Shown here piece by piece: positions 1-13,363 of a stretch of DNA of 64,000 bases. This stretch comes from Chrysomallon squamiferum (Eukaryota > Animalia > Mollusca): NCBI GenBank assembly GCA_012295275.1, contig CM022676.1, positions 4,836,001-4,900,000 on the forward strand, in the 5' to 3' direction. How positions within the stretch are numbered: the stretch's first letter is position 1; every line of letters begins with the position of its first letter. The notes under the pieces are model-generated. The model searched no databases and was not told the origin of the DNA. It saw nothing but the letters and a program-made list of their open reading frames with translations. The translations under genes and the position numbers were made by a program.

Positions 1-240
1 GAATATATCATGCTGTATTTAACGTATTCAAAATCCATACCATTGTATACGGGTACTGCGTTAGACACTGGATATAATTATCTGAATGTGTTGATGTGTA
101 GGTAATAATTAGTTGAGTGTCTATGTATGTGTATATGTTAGAATATATATGTATGTATGTATGCATAAATTTAAATGTTTGGATGTGTTCACGTGATAAA
201 TAGATAGACAGAAAAGATAGATTATGTGCCTATATGACAC

Positions 241-355
<115 letters not shown>

Positions 356-606
356 ATGAGATATAAAGAGATGTATATATAGCGAGAAATGAACAGAGAG
401 AGAAAAAGATTGAGAATGTCTGTTGATATGTTATTTGTTTCTTCACGTTTGTTGTTTTTGTGGGTGTTGTTATTGATGATGCTATTTCCATTAACATTTT
501 TTTTTCTTTTTCTTACTTCTGTGTATGTGTATGTGTATGTGATTGAGTCTATGTAACCATGTGTTTGTGTGTTAAAAAAAAAAAGGTACAGTAGTCTTCT
601 TTCTAC

Positions 607-1964
607 CTGTAAAGCTTGGCAGTTCTCCAAAAGCCAACGTCGGCTGAGGTTTCCATCTCTTAAAGTGTTCCTGCGTTGTGGTGATGCCCTCGAACTTGGC
701 TGTCGACATCTGAAACCTCTCCTGACGCGGCGACAGTCTGCAGAGGTCTGGAATTATCTCCTTAGCCGTGAATTCCTTGTTGTACGACGTACCCGACTCC
801 AGCGGCACCTTGGGAGGTTCATATTTCTCTTCCTGCAAAAACATAATAAATTATTTTGAGTTCAGTTTTAAACATCGTCTCTTCCTAAAAAACATAATGG
901 AGTTTTGTGAGTTCATCGTTTTATACGCATCTGTCTGTCTCTAGAGTTTTGTCTCTGTCGTTTTGCTTCTGTCTGTCGTATCTTATGCTTTATGCATGCA
1001 TGCGCGTATATACACACACACACACACACACAATACACACACAGAGAGAGAGACAGAAACACACAAACACACACTCAAACAGAAAGAGAGACCTGATACA
1101 TACATACATACATATGTATGTTTGTATTTAATAATTAAAGAATGCACTGGCGCAGGAAATTCATTTATTATTTTTTTAAAATTAATCATTTTCTAATTTT
1201 ATCTCTAGATATTCGATTTAACTTAAAGTTGACCGTTGTAATGTTTATCACATGTATGTATGTATGTATGTATGTATGTATGTATGTATGTATGTATGTA
1301 TGTATGTATGTATGTATGCATGCATGTATGTATGTATGTATACATACACAAACACTTACATACGTACGTACATACATACCATATATTCTCCTGTTTAATA
1401 ACTACAGCAACAAGAACAACAACAACAACAACAACAACAACACTCACTCTAATGATCGGTTTCGTTCGCTCCATAAACTGCGGTGTTTTGAACTCGTCCC
1501 TCTGGTTCGTGTCAAAGATCATGGGCGGGGGGTTCGGGTCACGTGGTGAAGGCGGGGGACGTTTCGATGACCTTGGACGTGGATGCTGGACGGCCTTGAA
1601 CGTGGATCTGTAGTCGGTCTCAGGAAATTCCTCTTTATTCCGAACGTATTTTGGTCTGGTCATGCGTAGATGACGCCTGGTGTTGAAAGAAATATATTTA
1701 ATAAACGAAACGTTAATTTTACAAGTGAATGAATAAAGGTAATAACTCTGGAATGCTAGTGTCGCTGCTTCTATAACAACGGTAATGAAATAAACAATAC
1801 GACAGCAGCAACAACAGGAACGTCAACAATAAGACAAAGCTGTAAGCAGTAACAACAACGATGGCAAAAACAACAACAACAACAACAACATTTGTAATAT
1901 TTGTTTATTTAAAAAATATTATTTTAAACAATATAATTCGTAAAGTGATTAGAGATCGAAATTC

Positions 1965-2001
<37 letters not shown>

Positions 2002-2310
2002 CAGTTGTAGTAGTAACAATACTAACAATTTCTGTTTGTTTCCTTAATAAATTTAACACTTTTTTTTTTTTTAAATATTTTTATTTTTTATTTTATTATA
2101 TTTGTATTTATATTTATATTTATGTTCATTTCATTTTACAATGAAATGACATTAACATGCACCATCACAACACACACAAACACAACATACACACAACACA
2201 AACATTCACATATTTCCATTATGTGTTTGTGTGTATGTGTGTGAAATGTATAACATGCAAGTATGTATGTGTGTGCATGTCTGTATGTGAATGTGCCTAT
2301 TAATGTGATA

Positions 2311-2352
<42 letters not shown>

Positions 2353-2719
2353 ACATGATATAAGCTAGACACCAAACAAGTAGACATATATGCATATCCA
2401 CACATATTTATATGATAAGCTGTTTTGTTTGCAAGGCTTATGTGAACCGTGTTATTCGTGACGTTTGACAATACACGATCCCTAGCAATAGGTGAACGAG
2501 CCATGCTTACGAGTAATTAACAGTTAAGATCCGCACAGATACTGACACACAGAGAGCGTTTCCAACAGTAGCCAGGGAATTTAATTACAATGTCTATTCA
2601 CAGGGCATGCAGTAAAGTTCTCTGTGGATTAGGATATTTGAACTATAAGGATTTAAATGTGTACTGTTGGTTTTTACGAAATAGCCTTGGAAGATGTCTT
2701 TGATATTAAAATATATAGA

Positions 2720-2751
<32 letters not shown>

Positions 2752-2760
2752 TTTAATATC

Positions 2761-2829
<69 letters not shown>

Positions 2830-2926
2830 CATTATTTTTATTATGAATATTATGAATGGTGAAGGATGCTGAAATTTTGTAACAGTATTTTATTTCTGTA
2901 CTTTGTTATGGGCTAAATTTTGTCGC

Positions 2927-2961
<35 letters not shown>

Positions 2962-3985
2962 TAACAACAACTACAACTACAATAACAACGATAATAATAG
3001 TAGTAATAATGATAATAATAATGATTATAATCATGATGATGACGACGATGATAATAATAATTATTATTATTTTATATTATTTTCATTATTATTATTGATT
3101 ATTATTATTATTATTATTATTATCATTATTATTATTATCATTATTATTATTTATTATTATTATTATTAATCGGGAAATATACATTATTATTAATGTTATT
3201 CGGGAAATATACACAATGTATTTATTGTTGTGGCCAGTTTTTACAGGTACTTTAGAAATTTGTCGGATACAGGTACACTGAAAAAGACTTTAATAAATTG
3301 TCTGTCTGTCTGTTAGTAAATGACTATTTAATACAAGCCTTTCAAAGTGTAGTCCAAGAATATAAAATAAGCTAATAATAATTAAATAAAAATATAAACA
3401 TAATTATATTAAAAAATTAAAGAAGTAATATATTTAAAGTATACAATGCTATTCTATCCTATTCTACTTATTTAATATATTTATATATATATATGATGTG
3501 ATATAAAATTGGACATTTGAAGTATAGATATTTAATCATTTAACAGCAAAAATTTATTAGGAATTTGTTTTATCCTAATATAGTACTTTTGCAATGGTTT
3601 TCATTTTAGTACAATTATTTCAAATATAAACAGTTTGTTTCTACATGAATAAACCTTTTATTTAATGGCATTTAACATATGTTAACAATTAGATTTATAG
3701 AGTGTCGGAAACAGATTTTACAGAGCGATAAAATCAGTGAACAAAAAGCAAAAACAAAAAGCCTGCTGTCACCATTACGCGTTTGTCTATTTTTATCGAT
3801 TGGAAGGTAGCCATCTTTTTTTTTTACATTTCTTCAGACTAGCTTTTGTTTTACTAATCGTGGTAAAAGTAAGGATGGAAAAAGGACTAAAGTTGATGGG
3901 TTCAGGTTAGAACGAGATAACTTTTAAGCTTCAGTAGTTTTTATTCAAAGAGGTATTCGTGACGTTATATCATATAGACAGGGAG

Positions 3986-4047
<62 letters not shown>

Positions 4048-4129
4048 TTGTTAATCTATTCTGGAAGACGTATTGGAATGGTATATAACAATAATAATAA
4101 TAAGAAGAAGAAGAAGAAGAAGAAGAAGA

Positions 4130-4190
<61 letters not shown>

Positions 4191-4524
4191 AGAAGAAAAA
4201 AGAAGAAGAAGAAGAAGAAAAACAATAAGAAGAACAATAATAGTAAAAACAACAGTAAAAGAAGAAGAAGAAGAAGAATTGCAATAGTAGCAACAATAAC
4301 CATAACCATAAATCATTATTATTACATAACACAGTATTTTTATGTCAATAGCTGCTGCTTTTTTCTTTCGTTAAATTGTTTAGTCTTATGAAAAGTAAAG
4401 AAAGTTTTACAGAAAATACTGTTAACATCACAACCTACCCGCAATCACAGAGTGCACTGATATCCACATCATCTGGAAATTCTTCAGCGAAAATATCAAA
4501 CGTGCAGTCAGTTTTGTTCGCCAT
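607..4524 (-). CDS. SAXO/FAM154-like stabilizer of axonemal microtubules (STOP-repeat microtubule inner protein); 5' part of the gene, continues past the window start
   Basis: Exons 4524-4439 (MANKTDCTFDIFAEEFPDDVDISALCDCG|, donor gtaggt, phase 2), 1676-1448 (RHLRMTRPKY..ETDYRSTFK..DTNQRDEFK..KPIIR, donor gtgagt) and 832-607 (EEKYEPPKVPLESGTSYNKEF..FEGITTTQEHFKRW, donor gtagaa) join in frame. The spliced CDCG|RH matches the N-terminal C-x-C-G-R-H motif of SAXO1/2, and repeated T-x-Y/Q-x-x-x-F units resemble SAXO Mn motifs. Paralogue identity not determined. Confidence 0.8.
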
Positions 4525-4682
4525 GTTTATTCAAATCAAAATATGGATCAATCACACAGACGAACTCAACTGGTTAATAAATGGAAAATAAATCACGGAA
4601 AATGAAAAAAAAAAAACAACCAGCAACTAATATTCCCAGTTCTGCAGTTATTTCTCCTGAGTATCGGTCTTGAACAAATAAT

Positions 4683-4824
4683 TGCGCATGCGATACACTT
4701 GTATCAGTTCTGCTGATGTAGTTGGGTAAAACATATCAGAGATCACAGAAGTATCATAAAGTTAACTTAGGCAGACGACCGCTAACTGTACCCCATAAGA
4801 CCCATAGCAACTGTTGGTAGCAAC
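4683..4824. promoter_or_regulatory. Putative promoter of the SAXO-like gene: RFX X-box-like sites plus NRF1-like site
   Basis: CATAGCAAC (4803-4811) and GTTGGTAGCAAC (4813-4824) contain the RFX half-site TAGCAAC. TGCGCATGCG at 4683-4692. CpG-richer patch 160-300 bp upstream of the ATG. RFX control of ciliary genes is established knowledge; function here is inference. Confidence 0.5.
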
Positions 4825-5024
4825 CCGCTATTCCGTTAGCCCCCGCGTTAACCAGCCGTACACGGAGTACTTCCGCGTGACCAGTTTTTAAAAGTACTCA
4901 GGGATTTGTACGCATTTAACGGTAATAAAACTGAGAATCGTTGAAGCGAAGTATAACAGAAAGGTTAATAATGCAAACGGGCATGAATATAGGACTTTGC
5001 TGCTAAAAGAGATTTTCTTAAAAC

Positions 5025-5107
<83 letters not shown>

Positions 5108-5168
5108 GTATATATACACACACACACATGTATTCTTACATACAAAAATACATACGCACACTGTATAC

Positions 5169-5204
<36 letters not shown>

Positions 5205-5461
5205 GTATGCGATAAAAGGATTCAGATAAAACAACCCTTTGCTTCTAGCTGCAAAATATGTGTTTTTTTCTTTCTTGTTTTCGTTTCTTTATTATTATTA
5301 TTATTATTATTATTTTTTTTTTTACTTATTTGTTCGTTTTTTTTCAAAATCCAGTCATCCTAGAAAAATAATTTATTAATGCGTGGGCAGAAGATCTGTT
5401 CGAGCGGCGCAATCGCATATTTGTTCAGTAAGTTGCGTAATGTTACATCATATTAGGCTGT

Positions 5462-5620
5462 GTCGGCATTTTTGCTTTTCAAAAAGTTCTTAAGACATTA
5501 CAGAGCATTGTGCTGTAATGTTTGTAATGTTAAACACATCAGTCGGCATTTTTACTTTTCAAAAAGTTATTAAGGTATTACAGAGCATTGTGCAGGCTGC
5601 TGTAATGTTAAACACATCAA
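5462..5620. repeat. Tandem duplication of ~80 bp
   Basis: gtcggcattttt.cttttcaaaaagtt.ttaag..attacagagcattgtgc..tgtaatgttaaa.cacatca occurs twice. Confidence 0.85.
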
Positions 5621-5770
5621 ACTGCTTTAAGCATGAATGGTACGAGTGAGCACAGAAAACAAAACGGTATAATACGATAACAGGTTTGAACCTACGTCTG
5701 CTAGTGTCTTTAGTTTGTAAGTTATGATTATATGTGTATACAAAGTAAATAATTATTTTGTTTGTTTGTT

Positions 5771-5892
<122 letters not shown>

Positions 5893-6504
5893 AAACGTGC
5901 TTGTTTGTATATGAGAGGGAGACAGGAAGGACAGAGAGAGTATGAGAAATTGTTTAATATATACAAATGAACAAAAGCACACACACGCACACAGACAGAG
6001 GTACACATTATAACCAGTCTAGTATAAAACTGACAAACATACATTAAAGATATATTACTGGTTTAGAACTTATGTTAAAAGATCTGTAACTATTAAACAA
6101 GAAATCATATCTAATAATATTATAGGAGAAATATTTCTTTATAAAATCTTAAATAAATTGATAGATAAATTTAATTATTTGTTTCTGCACTACTTCTTTC
6201 ATTATCATGTACTTGTTTGTTTTTTAAGTACTTGTAAATTACTAAATACGTATAAGCTGTATAGCTAGCGTACAATAATAAACTTAAAGCACTGAAATCT
6301 ATGATCCGCGGGGGTGGACCCAAAATTTGTAAAAGGGTGGGAGTCATTTTTGTGAGAGGTAAGTATTCAAAGTGAAGTGAGTTGTATAAATAAAATAAAA
6401 TAAAATTAAGTTAAATTAAATTAAAGTAAAGTAAAGCAAGTAAAAAAGAAAAGTAAATAAAAAAATAATAATAATAAAAAAAAAATAAAAAATAAACAAA
6501 CTGC

Positions 6505-6556
<52 letters not shown>

Positions 6557-7084
6557 TGCGTAATCTCATACCAATATAAATAGGGACGTATATACGATAT
6601 ATTTGGTAATCTAGTTCTGGAGGACGTGTTGGAATGGTATATAATAATAAGAAGAAGAAGAAAAAGGGAGATGGACGCACCCTGTTCACACCCCCTCCCC
6701 CTAAATACATCTCTGGCCTGCTCCTGATTATGGTATTAACGTGGCTAATAATGATATTCTTCGAACATGCCTTAAGCCGTTTGTCGATGATACAGACAAA
6801 GTGATTGGAGAAAACGTCAGGTACTATTTCTATGGATGAATGATAAACTAAACTCCTTGCTGAAAAGATTAGCAATTATAAAACAAATTATCCGTAACGT
6901 GTCAATAGAGAATATTAGAAATAATCGCAGACGTAGACCGGATTACTGCTCTTAACGAGTGGCGTATAACTTAATGGTGCGTTAATTTGTCCCTTTATTT
7001 TGGCAGCACCCCAAAAAGTATGTATCATCGTCCATGACACGCACGCAAACACATATATATATGCACTAACACGCATACATAGAC

Positions 7085-7168
<84 letters not shown>

Positions 7169-7550
7169 ACACAAATATCAACAAAATATATCTCATATAA
7201 TATAAACATTTAATACAGTAAATTAAAAACTATCTTAAATATAAATCATATATGTCAAAAAAAAACCCCAAAAAACAAAAAATTGTTGCTGTCAGTACAT
7301 TACAAAAACAAAGAAAAAAGAAAACGAAAGGAAGAAAGAAAAATACAACGAGGTAATTAACCTTCTTTGAAAGGATCAACTTTCAAAAGCTGTCAAATCG
7401 ACAACAACAACAGCAACAACAAAAACAAACGAACAAACAAATAACAATAAGTGTTTAAACTGATGAGAGGTAGAGAAAAAAAGGGGGAAATGCTGGAACC
7501 GTTTACTTGGTGCTACTTTCAAAAGGGAGGAGTTGAATGTAAGTGTCGTA

Positions 7551-7573
7551 TCACATGACCGTTCAAAATGGCG
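7551..7573 (+). promoter_or_regulatory. E-box/M-box (TCACATGAC) and YY1-like AAAATGGCG at the VPS26C start
   Basis: tcacatgac at 7551-7559, directly upstream of caaaATGgcg. Motif match only. Confidence 0.35.
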
Positions 7574-8769
7574 CTGGATATACGCCTCAAAAAAGTCAAT
7601 AAAATATATCGAGAAGGAGTAAGTTGACAGTAATTTAAAGGCAGTTTTGGAGATTTAAAATATTTTAGTAATCGTAACTATTACACATTATTCATGTTGT
7701 ACATGTCACTTTTATTTTAAAAACGGAGAGGTGTGATGATTTTAAGATTTAGATTAATATTAGTAGATTTACCAAATTTTAGAATATGCTCAGTTAATCG
7801 GTAATTTGTTAAATTTATTTTGTCAACATTAATATCCAGTCAGTTATTAGAAGAAGAAGAGTTATCCCTCATTAAATTAGATTAATCGTGATATTTTTCG
7901 TAATTATAACTGAGTTTTAGTACTTCACTGTCAAAGGAAAAATCACATAAAAGATTTGTTGCTAATCAATAACTGGAAAAAAAAAAACAAGCCGATATAT
8001 AAAACTATGAACTATAACTATGATCTGTCATCACAGAGTGGATATAACAATTTTTCTGTCACTGATTCATGCATACATGTATATAGAACTACAAGCAGTG
8101 GAATATGTTTTATTTTTACTTTATTCAGGATGTTGTTTCTGGATTGGTTGTCATCCAGACAAAAGGAGAACTACAACACCAAGGTGTTAATCTTTTTATG
8201 GAAGGAATGGTTAATTTACAGCTGAGCTCCAAAAGCACTGGTATCTTTGAAGCCTTCTATAATTCTTTAAAGGTTAGAACTTTTCTGAATTTTTCTGAAT
8301 AATTAGAAGAAAAAAAAAAAAAAAAAAAAAAGGATATTTATGATGTTCATAGAGTCTGTATTTGTTTAATCTTATTTTCTAAATTAATTAAGCATTAAAT
8401 TGAAGTATAATTTGTTTCGTTTTCTGTTTAATTTTATAATAATTAGATTATTAATGTAATAATTTACCAATAATAGTAGTGGTAGTACTAGTACTAGTAG
8501 TATCATTGTGAATACTATAATAATTATTTTATAAATATTATTATACTTCTAATTATTATTATTATTATTATTAGTGTTGTAATTGTTGTAGTATCATTAT
8601 GAATACTGTAATAATTATTTTATAAAAATTGTTATATTTCTTCATTTAATTATTATTATTATTAGTTGTAGTAGTTATTGTTGTGATAATAATAAAAATG
8701 TAATAGTAGCTGTAGTATTATTATGAATATTATAATAATTATTTTATAAATACTGTTATACTTCTTTTA

Positions 8770-8802
<33 letters not shown>

Positions 8803-11800
8803 TGTGTTTAGCCCATTAATTTGCTGACTTACAACATTGAAGTTGCCAAACCTGGAAAATTCCCTCCAGGAAAAACAGAAATACCTTTTGAACTCCCTCT
8901 GAAACCCAAATCTGGAAAAACTCTATATGAGACATATCATGGTGTCTTTGTTAGCATTCAGGTAAACAGTTTTAAAATTACATTAAATTTAATTCTTTTC
9001 TTATTTAACTTGTACTTCTGTTTTTTAATTAAAAAACTGTTCTTTGTTGTTGTTTTGTTTTATTAATGATATATGGAATATTTTGATTTATATGTCTGTA
9101 TATGTGTGTGTGTATGTATGTCAGTGTATATATTTGTGTGTGTGTGTGTGTGTGTGTGTTAAATGAATACCATATTAAATCAAATTAAAAATAACAACAG
9201 CCTGTTTTTATAAACCACATTTTATTCTCTCAAATTTGGTATAATAATATAAAGTATAAAGTTATTTGTATTAGACATAATATTGGTTGTAAATAAGAAT
9301 TACTTAAATGATAATATATCCTTTATCTTTTTTTTGTTTTCTGTTTATTTTGTTTTATTTTATTTTATTTATTTTATTTTATTTTTCTTTAATTTTTTTT
9401 TTTTTTCACATATTTTTATTTACTTTTAATTTAATCTAATTTTATTTTAGTTATTATTATATATACATATATATATATATATATTTATATTTTTTTTGCA
9501 GTACAGTATTCGTGTGGAGATGAAAAGATCCCTACTAAACAAAGATTTACAAAAGCAGTGTGAATTTATTGTTGAATATAAGGTTAGTTTTGTTCAACAA
9601 TATTACGTTCTGTTTTGTTATGTGTGTGTGTGTATATCTATCTGTAGCTGTATCTGGTTTGACCTAAGAATTTATAGATAGAGTTATAGTTATTTTGTAA
9701 ACCATGATTAATAAAACCTCAAGCATATTAGCAAGGAATATAGCACAAAGCCATGACATATTTTTGTCATACTTTATTTTTAATAAAGATTAGCCTCAAA
9801 AATAAGAAATATAAATGCTACAGGTATGCTTTAAGATGAAACAGCTTTTTAAAATTACTAAATGCATTTAAGCTAATTGTTCACCACTGTATATGTAATG
9901 TTTTAAAAGCTCAGAATATTTATTTTATTTCAGGACCAAGAAGAAAAATGCAAGTTAAAACCAGTCAGTTTCACAATAGCTCCTGACACCTTAACAAATG
10001 TAAAAGATGTAAGTAGCTTGAGGAATTAATGTATAAATATTCTGACAACAACTTTGATCCCAAATATTGAAAAAATAGTGTAATTATGACTTTTATAGCA
10101 ACATATCAGTACATTTTTGTACTGTGACATTAAATGTTCAAAAACATATTTCGGCAATGATTATGAAAGAAGAGGGTTTCTATAACCATGCTGTAGGCCA
10201 GAGAAAAAGATTCTGATTACAATTAATAGGTATTTTTGATTTGAAAAGAAAAATTCTTTTGCAGTTCTTATGTCTCCTCTGATCAATTTCCACATAGAGA
10301 GAAGAGCACATACTATTAATTATTATCTGTCATTAATAGTAAGCTTGAAATGCAAGATATTGGATTATGAAATAACATATTGGGTACAATTAGGAGAACT
10401 GATCCTGCAGTCTTCCAATCCTGATAAATGCTTTAAATTCTGAGAGTTAAAACCCTCTTAGTGATAATTACAGTATATACTTACAATTGTTAAAACCTCA
10501 AACAATGTTTTATTTGGCAAGATGGTAGCAATGGATATCAGTAATATTTTAGTTTATATGGGTGATATGTAGGGAGAAATGTAATGTTTTAATTTTTTAC
10601 AAGTATATTCTTTTAGGGTCAGAATAAATATATAATATTTAATTTCATAAAGAAATGTTATCAAGGGAAATAAGTAATATTGTGTTTTCTGTAGATGATA
10701 TCAAGGAAGTAAGCAATATTTTTCTAGTACAAAGACAAGTGAGTAATATTTTATTTCATAGAGATGTTATCAAGGAAGAAATGTACTATCACAAGAAAGA
10801 AGAAATAGTTTATTTTGTAAAAATGTTATCAAGGGAGATAAATAATTTATTTTATTCAGATGTTATCAGGGAATTAAGAAACAAACAAAAGGGAGGGTAA
10901 GATGTTCATAAATAAAGACTCATTTATTATATTATTATTTTATTTCGTTTTTACTATTTCTCTGATTAAAATTATTTCTTTTCTAGAAGCAGCATGTTCC
11001 TAGATTCAAAGTGAAGGGAAAATTAGATTCATCTTGTCTTCAAATTACAAAACCACTGACAGGGGAGGTAAGCATGACAAAATACCTATTACACAAATTT
11101 TGTTTTCATACAACAAAGTCAACTGCAAGTGAGGTAAACATGACAGCATGGGTGTTTAATAAATTTTGTTTACACCAACTATACCACAGACAGAATTACG
11201 GCAGAATTTTGAATAATTAAATAATATCTTCAGATAAAAAAAAAATCCTATACATTTATGATGAAAAAAATTGTTTTCTAAATTATATTATTATTATTAT
11301 TTTTTAATAATGCAGAGGTGGTAATATTTTTAAAATGTAAATCGTATCTTGATAGGAAACAGTTAAAAAAGGGAGGTAAGTAGTACAGATGAATATTTCA
11401 AAACTGTTACAGAACAAAGCAACTGAATAATAATAATAATAATAATCATAAATGCCAATTCTGGTAACTGATAGCAATAATAATAACAATAAAACTGTTG
11501 CTTCTGTTACTGCTACAATAATAATAATTCTTATTATTTCCTACTTACAGTGTTGATATAGTTCTTATTATTTGTATTTTTCAGTTAATGGTTGAATATT
11601 GCGATGCTCCAATCAAATCAGTAGAGATACAACTTGTTCGTGTTGAAACCTGTGGATGTGCAGAAGGATTTGCCAAAGATGGTAACTAATTAACTCATTT
11701 GCATAATGTAAATGATAAGTTCAATATTAGTTATCTCCCTTTATGTCGGAGCCATATTTTTTATTATTATTATTACAAATGTATGTATATAATTATCTGT

Positions 11801-12699
11801 TTGCATGTGCATATGGGTATGTATATAATTATCTGTTTGCGTGTGCATGTGGGTATGTATATAATCTGTAAAATGCAGAATTAAAGGAGATTATTATTAT
11901 TATTATATTTATTTTTTAAATAACTTGCCTCATTTTATTTTCAGCTACAGAGATTCAGAATATTCAGATAGGAGATGGTGATGTATGTCATGGGATGATG
12001 ATACCAATATATATGATATTTCCTAGATTATTCACATGTCCATCACTTTCAACAAATAACTTTAAAATAGGTGAGAACATTATTAAAGAAAATATCTTAT
12101 TAATAAAATAACATTGCAGTAATGACAGGATGAAAATTGTATTAGGCCCAAAACATTTTCTGTAAAGGTTTGTGTTAATAAAATGATATATTGGTGTTTG
12201 TCATGTGCGTGTGGGGTGTATGTGCATATGTGTGTGAGTGTGTAATTTGTCATAAAAAGTAACAATTAAGTATAAAAGTTTGACAACAGAAAAATGAAAA
12301 AGAACGGTCAATACCCATTGTACATTGCTGACTACCACAGTAGCAGTAAAACAAAGGTTATGCAATGAGAGTAACCATTTTGTAAATACAGATTAAAAAA
12401 CCAATTAATTTTATTTCTGAATTTGATAAAAAAAAAGAAAAAAAAGTGTGTGTATATTTGTGAAAATGATTGTTGAATGTTATTTATTTCTGTGATTTAT
12501 TATTTGGTTTTGTTGCGTTTGTTATTATATTTTTTATTCATTTCTTCTTCATTCATTTGTTTTATTTTATTTTATTTTATTTTATTTTATTTTATTTTAT
12601 TTTATTTTATTTTCAGATTTTGAAATCAACATTGTGCTAGTGTTTCAGGATGATCATTTAGTGACAGAAAACTTTCCACTAAGGTTAACACGATTCTGA
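7568..12699 (+). CDS. VPS26C: Vacuolar protein sorting-associated protein 26C (DSCR3), retriever complex subunit, 295 aa
   Basis: Nine GT-AG exons in consistent phase: 7568-7618, 8129-8272, 8812-8961, 9502-9582, 9934-10008, 10987-11067, 11585-11681, 11945-12070, 12617-12699 (TGA); 888 nt in total. Peptides MALDIRLKKVNKIYREG, LQLSSKSTGIFEAFYNS, LYETYHGVFV, IQLVRVETCGCAEGFAKDATEIQNIQIGDGDV, PRLFTCP and ENFPLRL are characteristic of VPS26C. Confidence 0.97.
10520..10900. repeat. Degenerate tandem repeat (gatgttatcaagggaaataagtaatattt) in VPS26C intron 5
   Basis: Recurring tatcaagg/agtaatatttt units. Confidence 0.65.
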
Positions 12700-12927
12700 T
12701 CTCGTGTTATTTTGTGTGTGTGTGTGTGTGTGATGATCAAAGAATAGAAACAGAAAATAATGTAAAAACAAAGCTGAACTCTGCAGAAACGTTAAGCAGA
12801 TGAAATGGAAGTCTACAGCCATAAACTTTTCTCATTTGTACTGAAATTTCAATGGGTTATGTCTATATATATATATATGTCTGTCTGTTTAGCTGTGTAT
12901 GTGTATGTAAGTGTTATATTAGTACAT

Positions 12928-13363
12928 GGATATTTAAACAGATACATAATAGGCTATAGATATCATTATTAAATGTGTTTTAAATAATGAAATATTTACA
13001 TAATGTACTGTTTTCATGTTTTTGTAAATTAAGTAATGTAAAAAAACAGCATATATACACATACAGCTAGCCACAATAACAAAAAGAAAATGGTTTTATT
13101 TGTTAAATAATGTTACTGCATTTAATAGAAGGTAACATTATGATGTATTATGTTGTTATAACAACAGAAATAAAAAAAACATACATACAATATAATGTAA
13201 ATATTTGTGTGTAGGGAAATATTTGTATACGTTATATTGGATATTTAAATAGATGCATAACAAATTATAAATATCGTTACTTCATTTGTTTTAAACAGTG
13301 AAATATTTACATTAATAAAATGTACTGTTTTCCTGCTATTTTGTATATTAAATAATGTAAAAA
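12928..13363. repeat. Diverged ~120-bp direct repeat in the VPS26C 3' region
   Basis: ggatatttaaa..gaaatatttaca..atgtactgtttt..taatgtaaaaaa at about 12928-13047 and 13239-13363. The second copy contains AATAAA. Confidence 0.7.

Noticed and set aside
1-55. Open minus-strand segment VPVYNGMDFEYVKYSMIY as the next SAXO-like exon
   Set aside because: Phase-compatible, but the acceptor is weak, there is no SAXO motif, and it is truncated by the window edge.
2136-2504. ORF MARSPIARDRV.. as the first coding exon of the SAXO-like gene
   Set aside because: No phase-2 donor, and it runs into microsatellite. Exon 4524-4439 fits both the phase and the CG|RH motif.
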